Shown: positions 18,305-28,310, counted from the stretch's first letter. The stretch: DNA of 32,204 nucleotides from Fidelibacterota bacterium (GCA_046861645.1 JBHHUM010000024.1:1-32204), one strand, 5' to 3'. A program made the numbers and translations. The notes: generated from the letters alone by a model not told the origin.

Positions 18305-21300
18305 TTATGATAACTGTGAGATAAATTTATAGAGATTTTCTCCGGGTGCGAGTTTCAACTTTTTTCTTAATTGAGTGCGATATACTTCAATCGTTTTTAC
18401 GGCAAGGTTGGTTAAGCTGGCAATGTCTTTTGTATTCAGGTTGAGCTTTAAGAATGCACAGATTTTCATCTCTCGAGAAGTTAGTTCAGGATAATTCTCA
18501 GTAAGAATCTTAAAAAAGTTTTGATGAACTTCTTGAAACCACAACTCGAATTCATCCCATTCATGACCTGAACTAATCTGATAATTCAGTTTAGTAAGGA
18601 TATTTTTGATTCGTTTTTTATTATCATCATGACTTATCGAGTACAGGTTCTGAACCTCTTTAATGATATCAACTAATATTTCTCGATCATTGGCCATGTG
18701 CATGGCTTTAGTTGTTAATTCTTTATTTCTAGCTTCAAGATTTTCTTTTAACTTGTTTTCGAGTTCTTTTCTCTCAGTAATATCAGTCCAATATTCTATC
18801 ATTTGAACAACATTGTCGTCAGAATCAAAAATAGGGAATGCATTAATTTCCGCATAGACTGTTTTTCCATGCAGATCTACGTATTGTCGCTCGTAAGTGA
18901 CCAGCTGTTTGTTTTTCTTAACATCTGGTAGAGGACAATAGTGATTGGAATGATTGCAAGGTTCGTTATTATTAAAGAGTAGTGAATGACAAAACATTGC
19001 ACCAGATTTTACTCTTTTCATGGCGGCTGAATTTTTTAGTACTGTTTCATATGTATTTGCATCAATTACATAAAATGGCTGGGAAAGTGATTCGATGACA
19101 CTATTTAAAAATTGGTTTTGTCTTTCAATTTCTTTCTGATTATGCTGAATTTCTACGGTTCTTTCTAGTACCTGCCTTTCAAGGAGTGCTTTTTGTTTTT
19201 TTATCTGCTTCAGCCTTAATTGAATGGTAGTAAAGAAAAGGCCTAACAGTGCTAAAACATAAAAGGAATACGCCCACCATGTTTTCCAAAATGGGGGTAT
19301 TATTTTGATAGGTAAGGATATACCTGTTTTATTCCAAATACCATCATGGTTTGTACCTTTGACTTTAAATGTATAATTACCAGCAGGTAAATGGGTGTAA
19401 GTCGCAAATCGTTTAGATGCGTCTGTATATATCCAATTAGGGTCATAACCTTCCATTTTATATGCATATTTATTTTTCTCTGGGGCGGTAAAGCTTAGTG
19501 CTGAAAAAATGAAAGTAAAATCCCTGTCTTTATAGGATAATATAAGTTCATCTGTCTCAGTAATATGACTGTGAAGTATTGTGCCGCTTTCTAATGTCTC
19601 TCCAATCGGAACTGATTTACTGAATATTGTTAAATCAGTCAAAACAATTTCTGGGGCGATACTGTCATTTTGAACTTTTTCTGGAAAAAAAGCGTTCAAT
19701 CCCCCAATACCACCAAAAAACATTTCACCCGTCCAACTTTTATAATATGCTCCTGTGTTGAATTCATTATTTTGAAGCCCGTCGCGGATATCAAAATTTC
19801 TAAATGTCTCTTTTTCAGGATTAAACTTTGATATGCCATTATTAGTACTTAACCAAAGATTCTTTTTGGCATCCTCTAATATACCATATACCACATCGTT
19901 GGGGAGTCCATCTTTAACTGTGTAGTATTTAAATATTTGACTGTTATGATCGAATTTGTTCAATCCTCCGCTACTGGTACCAATCCAGATGATACCAGAT
20001 TGGTCCTGATAAATACACTTGATGCGATTATTACTTATAGTATTGGTATTTTGGGGATCATGGGTATAACGGACAAACGTTTCTGAATGGTTGTCAAAAC
20101 GGATTAAGCCGGATACTTCTGTTCCAAGCCATAAGAATCCATCCTGATCAATTATGATAGAATTGACCGTTATTTCACCCAAAAGAGAAGAATAATTAAC
20201 GAAATGCCCGTTCTTCATATTTTCATAAGATAATTGAGAGAGACCTTCTTCTGATCCAATCCATAGATTGCCATTTTTATCTAATAGTAATTCAAATATG
20301 AAATCTCCAGGGAGATTCGACGGATGATTATTATCACCGTAATGGGTAAAAATTTCCAGTTCCGGGTTAAAATGGTACAGACCACCCCCTTCAGTTCCTA
20401 CCCAAAGCATTCCGTCAATATCTCCAACGATAGAGTAAACATTTGTGTTTTGTAAACCATGGGGGTTTTCGGGATCAAATCCATAGTGAGTTGATTTGTA
20501 AGCTTTTCTATCAAACTTATCCAAGCCGCCGTAAGAACCAACCCAAAGGACACTGTCACGGCTTTCGTATATCGCTCGAATAATCGTACTGCTTAAGCTA
20601 TTTGAATCAGTAGAAATATGGGTATAGTTTTTGAATTTTGGAGTAAGAGTAAATCGGGCTAATCCAGATCCATTCGTTCCAACCCAAATGAGATTAGCAT
20701 TATCCCGATACAAGACGAGTATTCCACTCAAACTCAAACCAGATGAATTGTTTGAGTCATGTTGAATGTATTGATAAGATGTTGTTTTTGGATCAAAACG
20801 GAACATTCCTTTACCGCTTGCGCCAATCAAGAGAATTCCAGAATCGTCTTCTGTAATTGCAGTAACTTCTGTCAATTTCCCATCTAACAGAAGGGGAAAA
20901 TTTATAAGTTTTTTAATTCTACGATCAAACAGGTTCAACCCTATATTGGCCCCGATCCAGAGGTTGTTATAACTATCTTCCCAAATATACTGAATCCGGT
21001 TTTGGTCAGGTGTGGTTTGGGTATTTCCAATGGATAGAAAATTTTCAAAACTTTTTGTTTTAGAATTATATTGGCTCAAACCTCCTTTTTCTGTACCGAT
21101 CCAAAGAATATTGTTTTGATCTTTATACAAACACCGAATATGATCATCATTTAATTGATTTCCGGAAGAATGACTGATGTGAATAAATCGATTATTCTTA
21201 ATATCAAATAATTCTAAGCCATCTCCCCAGGTTCCGATCCATAGCCTACCATTTTTCTCTTCAGAGATAGCCCAAATGCGATTATTTGACAAACTATTGG

Positions 21301-21700
21301 TATCGGCAGGGTCATGGCGGTAACTCACAAAAGTTTCTTTTTTTCTATTAAACCGATTGAGTCCTCCATTCTCAGTGCCTATCCAAAGTGTTCCAGATTT
21401 ATCCTCATAGAGGCATCTAACGTAGTTATCAGAAATGGTGGTAGAATCAAAAGGATCATGTTTATAGATAGTAAAAGTATATCCATCATATTTATTTAAC
21501 CCATCCTGGGTGCCAAACCACAGATACCCTTTGCTGTCTTGCAAGATAGAATGGACTGTACTTTGAGATAATCCTTCATCGATGTTAATATGATCAAATT
21601 TGATGGAGGGAGTCTGAGCATAGAGGGGAGTTAGGAGGATATTTCCACCTAGCTGGAATAAAATTAAACCTGAAATGATGAATTTGTCTAGTTTTCTCAA
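18305..21700 (-). CDS. Membrane-spanning one-component regulator: Reg_prop beta-propellers + Y_Y_Y + TM + PAS + LuxR-type HTH
   Basis: GLSQSTV..QDSKGYLWFGTQDGLNKYDGY repeats; YAYKMEGYD..ATYTHLPAGNYTFKVKG; PPFWKTWWAY TM; PAS/PAC ending TDITERKELE; YPELTSREMKICAFLKLNLNTKDIA..VEVYRTQLRKKL. No H-box or receiver seen. Confidence 0.9.
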   Translation of the reverse strand: MRKLDKFIISGLILFQLGGNILLTPLYAQTPSIKFDHINIDEGLSQSTVHSILQDSKGYLWFGTQDGLNKYDGYTFTIYKHDPFDSTTISDNYVRCLYEDKSGTLWIGTENGGLNRFNRKKETFVSYRHDPADTNSLSNNRIWAISEEKNGRLWIGTWGDGLELFDIKNNRFIHISHSSGNQLNDDHIRCLYKDQNNILWIGTEKGGLSQYNSKTKSFENFLSIGNTQTTPDQNRIQYIWEDSYNNLWIGANIGLNLFDRRIKKLINFPLLLDGKLTEVTAITEDDSGILLIGASGKGMFRFDPKTTSYQYIQHDSNNSSGLSLSGILVLYRDNANLIWVGTNGSGLARFTLTPKFKNYTHISTDSNSLSSTIIRAIYESRDSVLWVGSYGGLDKFDRKAYKSTHYGFDPENPHGLQNTNVYSIVGDIDGMLWVGTEGGGLYHFNPELEIFTHYGDNNHPSNLPGDFIFELLLDKNGNLWIGSEEGLSQLSYENMKNGHFVNYSSLLGEITVNSIIIDQDGFLWLGTEVSGLIRFDNHSETFVRYTHDPQNTNTISNNRIKCIYQDQSGIIWIGTSSGGLNKFDHNSQIFKYYTVKDGLPNDVVYGILEDAKKNLWLSTNNGISKFNPEKETFRNFDIRDGLQNNEFNTGAYYKSWTGEMFFGGIGGLNAFFPEKVQNDSIAPEIVLTDLTIFSKSVPIGETLESGTILHSHITETDELILSYKDRDFTFIFSALSFTAPEKNKYAYKMEGYDPNWIYTDASKRFATYTHLPAGNYTFKVKGTNHDGIWNKTGISLPIKIIPPFWKTWWAYSFYVLALLGLFFTTIQLRLKQIKKQKALLERQVLERTVEIQHNQKEIERQNQFLNSVIESLSQPFYVIDANTYETVLKNSAAMKRVKSGAMFCHSLLFNNNEPCNHSNHYCPLPDVKKNKQLVTYERQYVDLHGKTVYAEINAFPIFDSDDNVVQMIEYWTDITERKELENKLKENLEARNKELTTKAMHMANDREILVDIIKEVQNLYSISHDDNKKRIKNILTKLNYQISSGHEWDEFELWFQEVHQNFFKILTENYPELTSREMKICAFLKLNLNTKDIASLTNLAVKTIEVYRTQLRKKLKLAPGENLYKFISQLS

Positions 21701-22116
21701 TTTAGGGGGTGAGTTATGAACTGTTGTTTTAATGATTCAATAATTTACTTCTATCCCTAATAAAAACAAATAACAGTCCATTCAGGTTTGAGTAATAAGT
21801 TGGAGTCAGCAAATCTTTTTATTCTCAGCTGTAATGAAACTGAGGAAAAGTTATTTACTCTGAAACTGGGGAAACTGTTGAAATAAATATCTTTAAAAAG
21901 TAAAATTGGATAGCATTAAGAGCGCTTTTAACCAACAAGCCATGTGAAAAGGATAAATAGTGACCTTGAAACTATTTTTTACCTGCTTTGCTAACATGAC
22001 AGAGAATTGATATCTCCTTAAATGAGTAAATCATTTGAACTTCGAATTTCTCTTAATAATCTCAATTTTCTATTCCAATCATAATGTAATCATCTGATCA
22101 AACTTATGAATACTAG

Positions 22117-23469
22117 TTGATTACATTGAAGATATCTGGTATCAACATTTATTTTATCATTTCAGTTTTATATAGTGTAAGTATATCTCAAGACAATTTC
22201 ATCACTCAATCACAATCCGAAATAGATACCCTTAAGCAAACTATAGCTGATAAGGAACAGAATAAAGTTTCCCTCTACCATTTCGAGCAAAAGGATTCCA
22301 CCAAAGAGATACTCATAAACCTTTCAGGAGAGGAAATTCCTACAATAGATATTGAAACCGCAACTCATGTTCTGGCTAAGCCCTGGTACAGGAATATTGA
22401 CATTACTGGATTTGGAGGAACTGGTTTTCTGGATACAGGTGAAAAAGGAACCAGGCCTTACGGTGGGTTTCTAATTAAAGAAGCCTCTCTTTTCTTAGAG
22501 GGCGATGTTTGGGAGGATGTTACTTATTATCTTGAAATTCAAACAAACCGACTGGGAAAGGATAGCACTTTATTCATTCGTACCGGAGAGGTTTATATTC
22601 ATTTCTATGATGTTTTCAGGCAAATGGATCGGAGTTCAGTTGGACTTAAAATAGGAAGAATTGATGTTCCTTTCGGAGAAGAATACCTTTGGCAGGATGC
22701 CTCAGAGAATCCCTTAATTTCCAATTCTGCCGCATATCCTTATGGATTTGATGAAGGTATATTAATATACGGAAAGCTTTCAGGTCTTGGATGGATAATA
22801 GCTGTAACGGATGGTACTCAGGTACGAAGTTATGATGATCATTCAGACAAAGCATTCAATGTTAAAGTCTATGGGAATCTAAGGAAGGGACTTTATCTTA
22901 GTGCAAGCTTTATGGACAATGGTGAAGCCGGTATTAGTGCTGTCGAGTTTGGGGGTAGTCACTTTGAACCCGTAGGAGTAACTTATCAATCGAGTGCTGG
23001 CGTCTCCATTAGTGAAACGATAAGAGCACGGCTTTATGAAATAGATGTCCAGTATAGTATGGGAGAATCAATTGAATTTGTTCATTTATATTCGTCATTT
23101 GGAAAAGCATTCTTGATAGACAGTGATGAATCTTTCAGCCGGGATTGGAATTGGTTTGTGTTGGAACCATTTTTAAGTATTTATCAAAAAGGTTATTTTG
23201 TTGCCAGATACAGTGAGATTGGTACCTATGATTCAAAAAGTGGTTACCATTTTGAAGGTAAAACTACAGCAGGTGGGAAAGATGCTTTTGGTTATGATAT
23301 TAAACGATTCAGAAGGTTGTCCTGGGGACTGGGCTGGAAGCCTAACCCACATGTAACTTTTAAATTGGAAGTTGGTCGAGATTGGTTTGATTTAATTGAT
23401 CAATCGATTATTGATCCTCATAATAACAAAAGAAAGCTGATAGGGTTTGAAGTCGTAGCTCAATTTTAA
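22117..23469 (+). CDS. Outer-membrane beta-barrel protein (OprO/P-like porin)
   Basis: Signal-like N-terminus, short coiled coil, LKIGRIDVPFGEEY motif typical of this porin class, amphipathic strands and a C-terminal Phe (FEVVAQF). Confidence 0.8.
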   Translation: MITLKISGINIYFIISVLYSVSISQDNFITQSQSEIDTLKQTIADKEQNKVSLYHFEQKDSTKEILINLSGEEIPTIDIETATHVLAKPWYRNIDITGFGGTGFLDTGEKGTRPYGGFLIKEASLFLEGDVWEDVTYYLEIQTNRLGKDSTLFIRTGEVYIHFYDVFRQMDRSSVGLKIGRIDVPFGEEYLWQDASENPLISNSAAYPYGFDEGILIYGKLSGLGWIIAVTDGTQVRSYDDHSDKAFNVKVYGNLRKGLYLSASFMDNGEAGISAVEFGGSHFEPVGVTYQSSAGVSISETIRARLYEIDVQYSMGESIEFVHLYSSFGKAFLIDSDESFSRDWNWFVLEPFLSIYQKGYFVARYSEIGTYDSKSGYHFEGKTTAGGKDAFGYDIKRFRRLSWGLGWKPNPHVTFKLEVGRDWFDLIDQSIIDPHNNKRKLIGFEVVAQF

Positions 23470-23479
23470 TATAGAATAA

Positions 23480-24532
23480 ATGAGTCTATCTCCTAAAAAA
23501 CATCCAGTTATTACTTTTACATTAAGTATAGCTTTAAGTTTTTCTATCTGTATATCGTCTCAAGTTGAAGAGCTCCAAGAAAGTAATATCAACCCTATTA
23601 TGTTACAATTAAGTAATTCTATCATTGGAATACAGAAGGCTTTGACGAGAAGCGATAGAGAGGCGTTAATACCATATATAAACATAATGGTTAGTGCTAC
23701 CAATGAAATAGACATATTAGAGCCCCAGATTAATAAAAACCTGATGGATATATTCGACAATTATCGTAAAGATATTAAACAACTTGCTTCAGATTTGAAA
23801 TCCACTGTTAAGTCGAAATCCTTAAAGCAGGTGCATCTTGTTGTGAAAGAAATTCGGAAGACTTGTATTAGCTGCCATGTAATATTTCGGGAATTTACAA
23901 GTGACTACGATTTATTTCCCAGCATAGGAAATATTATTACAGGAAAAGTTAAGATTATCAAATATGATGGAAAAGCAAGATCGGATCTATCTGATGTAGT
24001 TGTTTTCATAGATCGAGTGTACAACCAAAAGACACAGATGATTACCAGAGATTACCCTTCGGTTTCACAAAAGGACCGTAAATTTGATCCCCGGGTACTT
24101 CCCATTCTAAAGGGGACTACAGTAGAATTTCCTAATGATGACTTAATATTTCACAATGTATTCTCTCTTTCAAAATGTAAACCATTTGATTTAGATGTCT
24201 ACCCACCAGGAACGTCTAAATACGTGACTTTCGATAAAACTGGTTGGGTGAAAGTTTATTGTAACATTCATCCTCAAATGGTATCTCATATAATTGTTCT
24301 TGATAATTCTTATTTCTCTATAACAAACAGGAGTGGTTTGTTTGTTATCCCAGATGTTCCCGATGGCGAATATACTTTAAGGGTCTGGTACGAATTTGGA
24401 TCCGATATACATAGAGAAATACAGTTGTCTGGACCTTCATTATTCAATACTTCCTTCTTAATAAATGAGGATAAGAAATTTATCCAGCATAGAAATAAGT
24501 TCGGTAAACCCTATCGTGGGAAGTACAAATGA
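23480..24532 (+). CDS. Periplasmic fusion: cytochrome c'-like helical heme c domain + cupredoxin/carboxypeptidase-regulatory-like domain
   Basis: Signal peptide; helical ~110-aa domain ending in CISCH (23864-23878). Then QKDRKFDPRVLPILKGTTVEFPNDDLIFHNVFS and YCNIHPQM (His..Cys-x2-His-x2-Met type-1 Cu ligand set), and VPDGEYTLRVW. Confidence 0.85.
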   Translation: MSLSPKKHPVITFTLSIALSFSICISSQVEELQESNINPIMLQLSNSIIGIQKALTRSDREALIPYINIMVSATNEIDILEPQINKNLMDIFDNYRKDIKQLASDLKSTVKSKSLKQVHLVVKEIRKTCISCHVIFREFTSDYDLFPSIGNIITGKVKIIKYDGKARSDLSDVVVFIDRVYNQKTQMITRDYPSVSQKDRKFDPRVLPILKGTTVEFPNDDLIFHNVFSLSKCKPFDLDVYPPGTSKYVTFDKTGWVKVYCNIHPQMVSHIIVLDNSYFSITNRSGLFVIPDVPDGEYTLRVWYEFGSDIHREIQLSGPSLFNTSFLINEDKKFIQHRNKFGKPYRGKYK

Positions 24533-27018
24533 TTAAGGCAACAATAAGAGTTAAGTACTTTCTTGCTATTTTTGTGGTTTCCTTTATCTTCATTCTGATA
24601 TCAGTAATTGTTATGAATATTTTTCTTTCCCGATTGGCCATGAATGAAATTACTCAAGGTCTGCGAAGTGGAGTATTAGCCTTTGAGCGTTTTGCCGCAC
24701 TTAGAGATGATTTGTTAGCAAATCAGGCCAGATCTATATCCCAAACTCCCCACCTGAAAGCTGTTATGAACATTCCAGATGTGGATTCTAAAACAGTTTA
24801 TTACACTGCTAGAGAACTCTATGATATTAACAATATAGATTTAATGCTTTTAATTGATGATGAAGGAAAACTTATTGCAGATGCAGAAGATACACTCAAT
24901 TATGGTAGTGATATGACTTCATTCCCAGGTGTTTTGAATGGATTAGATGGTATAGAGTATAATGGTATATACAGCTATAAAGGTGACCTTTATTTGGTTG
25001 CTCTTACCCCTGTTGTAATTGGTAAACAGTTACTGGGATTATTGATTATAGGGGATCGAATTGATTCTACAACAGCAGAGGATATTCGAGAATTCACCGG
25101 TAGGGATGTCTTGTTAGTTTACTCTCAAATGATTATTTCACAATCTAACCAAAACAAGGCATTTTTATCCGTAAACCAGAATGAGTTGACAACACTGTTG
25201 GACCACTTTCAAACATTTAATTCCCCATTTTATTGTACTTTAGGAGAAAAAGACTGTTTAGCTGTTGTCATATCCCTCAAAAGTTCAGGTGGATATACAG
25301 TATTATTCAGAGCTCTTGATGAAGTGAACAGTGTTTTGACGGTTGCTAAGATCTCATTATTGGGAGCTGGAGGAGCCACCATTCTTTTAGCAGCAATATT
25401 AAGTTTCTGGCTTTCAGCTCGGGTCAGTAGACCCATTCTAAATCTGAGGGATGCAGTCAGACAATTTGGAGCGGGAAAACTTGATCAGCGTATTACTGTG
25501 CCTTCACAAGATGAGCTGGGACAGTTATCGAGCGCCTTTAATAAAATGGCCGAAGATATTCACTCTGCCAGAAAAGCTTTAGAATCAGAAAGAGACTATG
25601 TTCACAGTATTCTGCATTCCATGATTGAAATGCTGATTGTACTTAATCCTGATGGAAAAATTCGTGCAGTCAATCAAGCAGCAGTGAAGTCACTTCATTA
25701 TTCGGAAAGTGAGCTGGTTGGAAGATCTTTTCAAACTATCATCTATTCCGCCAGGGAAGCTTCAGAAAAAAAACCTCTAAAGGACATTTGGGAGACTCTC
25801 ATTAAGAATCGCTTCGTGCGTGATATTGAAGGAGTACTCCTATCAAAAGAAAATAGAGAGATCCCGGTGATCATCTCATGTTCGGTTATGAGTGATAATC
25901 AGGATAGAATCCAAGGTGTTGTTTGCGTTGCTCAAGATATTAGTGTAAGAATAGAGGCTGAGAAAGACATTCGTAAGTTGTCCGTGGCAGTAGAGCAGAG
26001 CCCAAGTGCAGTTGTGATTACTGATATTGATGGAAATATTAATTATGTAAATCCCAAATTCGAAAAAGTATCAGGATATATGGCTGAGGAGGTGTTAGGA
26101 AAGAATCCTCGGATTCTAAAATCGGGTAAGCAGCCACGGGAGTATTACAAGGAACTATGGGATACTATTAAATCTGGGAAAGAATGGCGGGGAGAATTCT
26201 GTAACCGTAAAAAGAATGGTGACATATTCTGGGTTCATGCATATGTTTCACCCATCATTGATGGGGAAGGTAATATCACTAATTTTCTTTCTGTTCAGGA
26301 AGATATTACTGAGCGCAAACGATCGGAAAAACTTCTGGAGAATTCTCAAAAACAGTTACAAGCCTTATCATCCCACATACAACGCTTACAGGAGGACGAG
26401 CGAGCCCGGATTGCCCGAGAAATTCACGATCAATTGGGACAATCATTAACTGGTATGAAGATGGATCTAGCCTGGTTGAAAGATGAACTACCTGAAAAAT
26501 ACAAACCCCTGATTGATAGTATTATAGATCTGGCGAATTCAACAATGACTTCGGTACGTAAGATTTCCACCCAGTTAAGACCTGGAGTTTTGGATGATTT
26601 AGGTTTGATGGCGGCAATTGATTGGCAGGTAGAAGAATTTCAAGAACGATCTGGAATAGAATGCGACTTACGTATCGATTCAGAAGATATTACTATTGAT
26701 CACGATAGGTCTACGGCAATATTCAGGATTTTACAGGAAGCTTTGACGAACGTGCTGCGACACGCAGACGCTAGCAAAGTGATAATTTCTTTGAGTGTGA
26801 AAGATGGGATACTACAGATGAAAGTTGTTGATAATGGAAAAGGAATACATAAGACTCAAGTTAACGATAGAAAATCTTTAGGATTACTTGGCATGAAAGA
26901 GCGCCTTCTTCCCTGGGGCGGTAGGTTTAAGATTGGTAGTGTCAATGGTTCTGGGACAATTGTGAATGTATGGTTACCTCTAATAAATGAGCAATCTACT
27001 CCTGAAGTGAAGGTTTAA
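24529..27018 (+). CDS. Sensor histidine kinase (periplasmic Cache-like, HAMP, 2x PAS, HisKA_3, HATPase_c)
   Basis: Two TMs; DELGQLSSAFNKM (HAMP); two PAS/PAC domains; RIAREIHDQLGQ H-box; LRPGVLDDLGL; QEALTNVLRHA; DNGKG; LGLLGMKER. Start overlaps the upstream stop (ATGA). Confidence 0.95.
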   Translation: MIKATIRVKYFLAIFVVSFIFILISVIVMNIFLSRLAMNEITQGLRSGVLAFERFAALRDDLLANQARSISQTPHLKAVMNIPDVDSKTVYYTARELYDINNIDLMLLIDDEGKLIADAEDTLNYGSDMTSFPGVLNGLDGIEYNGIYSYKGDLYLVALTPVVIGKQLLGLLIIGDRIDSTTAEDIREFTGRDVLLVYSQMIISQSNQNKAFLSVNQNELTTLLDHFQTFNSPFYCTLGEKDCLAVVISLKSSGGYTVLFRALDEVNSVLTVAKISLLGAGGATILLAAILSFWLSARVSRPILNLRDAVRQFGAGKLDQRITVPSQDELGQLSSAFNKMAEDIHSARKALESERDYVHSILHSMIEMLIVLNPDGKIRAVNQAAVKSLHYSESELVGRSFQTIIYSAREASEKKPLKDIWETLIKNRFVRDIEGVLLSKENREIPVIISCSVMSDNQDRIQGVVCVAQDISVRIEAEKDIRKLSVAVEQSPSAVVITDIDGNINYVNPKFEKVSGYMAEEVLGKNPRILKSGKQPREYYKELWDTIKSGKEWRGEFCNRKKNGDIFWVHAYVSPIIDGEGNITNFLSVQEDITERKRSEKLLENSQKQLQALSSHIQRLQEDERARIAREIHDQLGQSLTGMKMDLAWLKDELPEKYKPLIDSIIDLANSTMTSVRKISTQLRPGVLDDLGLMAAIDWQVEEFQERSGIECDLRIDSEDITIDHDRSTAIFRILQEALTNVLRHADASKVIISLSVKDGILQMKVVDNGKGIHKTQVNDRKSLGLLGMKERLLPWGGRFKIGSVNGSGTIVNVWLPLINEQSTPEVKV

Positions 27019-27072
27019 TATTCAAAATGATGATAATATTGAGTTATTTTACTATTGAGGATATAGTCTGGT

Positions 27073-27723
27073 ATGATTAGGATATTTGTTTTGGATGATC
27101 ATGCTATAATCCGAGAAGGATTACAACGCATTATCTCAAAGACCAATGATATAAAAATTGTAGGAGAAGCCGGGGATGCCAAAGAAATTATCAAGAAGGT
27201 AGTGAATCGTGAATGGAAAGTGGATATAGTACTACTGGATATCACACTTCCTGGCAGAAGCGGTATAGAAGTGATGAATGAACTAAAAGCCATTAGACCC
27301 GAGTTACGTTTCCTTGTTCTTAGTATACATCCCGAAGATCAGTATGCAATTAGGGCTCTCAGATCAGGTGCTTCAGGGTATATGACGAAGGATAGCGCAC
27401 CTGAACAATTAGTCGGAGCTATTCGAAAAATCTTTTCAGGAGGAAAGTATATCAGTCCCAGTCTTGCTGAGAGACTGGCCAGTTATGTTCGACAAGATTA
27501 TGATAGACCTGTTCATGAAACCCTTTCCAACCGGGAATTTCAGGTAATGTGCATGATTGCTTCTGGGAAGACAGTCTCTGAAATTGCTAAAGAATTGACT
27601 CTAAGCGTAAAAACTATCAGTGCTTATAGATCTAAAGTATTAGAAAAAATGAACATGAAAACAAATGCTCAACTGACTTTGTATGTTCTTCAGAAGAAAC
27701 TGACAGATTGGTCAGCTGTATAG
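27073..27723 (+). CDS. NarL/FixJ-family response regulator (REC + LuxR HTH)
   Basis: LDDHAIIREGL, LLDITLPGRSG, GASGYMTK, LSNREFQV...LSVKTISAYR. Confidence 0.96.
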   Translation: MIRIFVLDDHAIIREGLQRIISKTNDIKIVGEAGDAKEIIKKVVNREWKVDIVLLDITLPGRSGIEVMNELKAIRPELRFLVLSIHPEDQYAIRALRSGASGYMTKDSAPEQLVGAIRKIFSGGKYISPSLAERLASYVRQDYDRPVHETLSNREFQVMCMIASGKTVSEIAKELTLSVKTISAYRSKVLEKMNMKTNAQLTLYVLQKKLTDWSAV

Positions 27724-27820
27724 TAGAGAATTCTCTTACAATATATCCATAAATTATAAGACAAAATCCTTAGTTAAAAGTAGGTACAGTCTTATGTAAA
27801 AAATCGGATACGTCTGATTT
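27723..27820. promoter_or_regulatory. Array of imperfect palindromes, candidate NarL/RcsB-type operator sites
   Basis: AGAGAATTCTCT (27725-36), TAAGA-caaaa-TCCTT (27757-71), TAGGT-acag-TCTTA (27781-94) and AAATCGGA-tacg-TCTGATTT (27801-20). The last three are centred about 23 bp apart. Confidence 0.55.
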
Positions 27821-27911
27821 TCAATACTAAACTCTTAGCGTACATTATCCTAGAAGCTCTTTTCCAGCTAAAGTACATACAAAATGAGATTGATTGCTAT
27901 GAAATCACATA

Positions 27912-28292
27912 ATGAAAGTAATAGTTGTAGATGATTCAGAAATCGTCCGGAAGAGAATAGATAACATGTTGTCAAAACTGGAAGGAGTTGAAAACGTATT
28001 TGTCGTGAGTAGTCGTAACGAAGCCATTGCAATGCTTGGAAAACGAAAGTTAGATGTGGCTATCATCGATATTCACCTCCCTGAGGGTAGTGGAATAGAA
28101 CTCTTGAAGTATATCAAAAAATATTTTCTGAATATGAAGGTAATTATGCTCTGTAATTCCGCTTTAATCCAATATCGTAAAATATGTTATGAAAGCGGTG
28201 CTGACTTCTTTTTCGACAAATCATCTGAATTCGAGGAAGTAAGTAAGCTCCTTCTTCGGATAAGTGATACAAAACCCCAAAACTCAACTTAA
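27912..28292 (+). CDS. Stand-alone receiver-domain response regulator
   Basis: VVDDS, IIDIHLPEGSG (phospho-Asp), GADFFFDKS; no output domain. Confidence 0.92.
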   Translation: MKVIVVDDSEIVRKRIDNMLSKLEGVENVFVVSSRNEAIAMLGKRKLDVAIIDIHLPEGSGIELLKYIKKYFLNMKVIMLCNSALIQYRKICYESGADFFFDKSSEFEEVSKLLLRISDTKPQNST

Positions 28293-28310
28293 TTGAAAGG
28301 AGTTCATACC

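Noticed and set aside
21788..21886. Short ORF with ILSC and three GAAACTG copies in the divergent promoter gap
   Set aside because: Too short, lacks a proper signal h-region, and the repeats are irregularly spaced.
27890..27903. FNR-like box TTGAT-TGCT-ATGAA
   Set aside because: One mismatch, AT-rich context and only 8 bp from the start codon; a chance match cannot be excluded.
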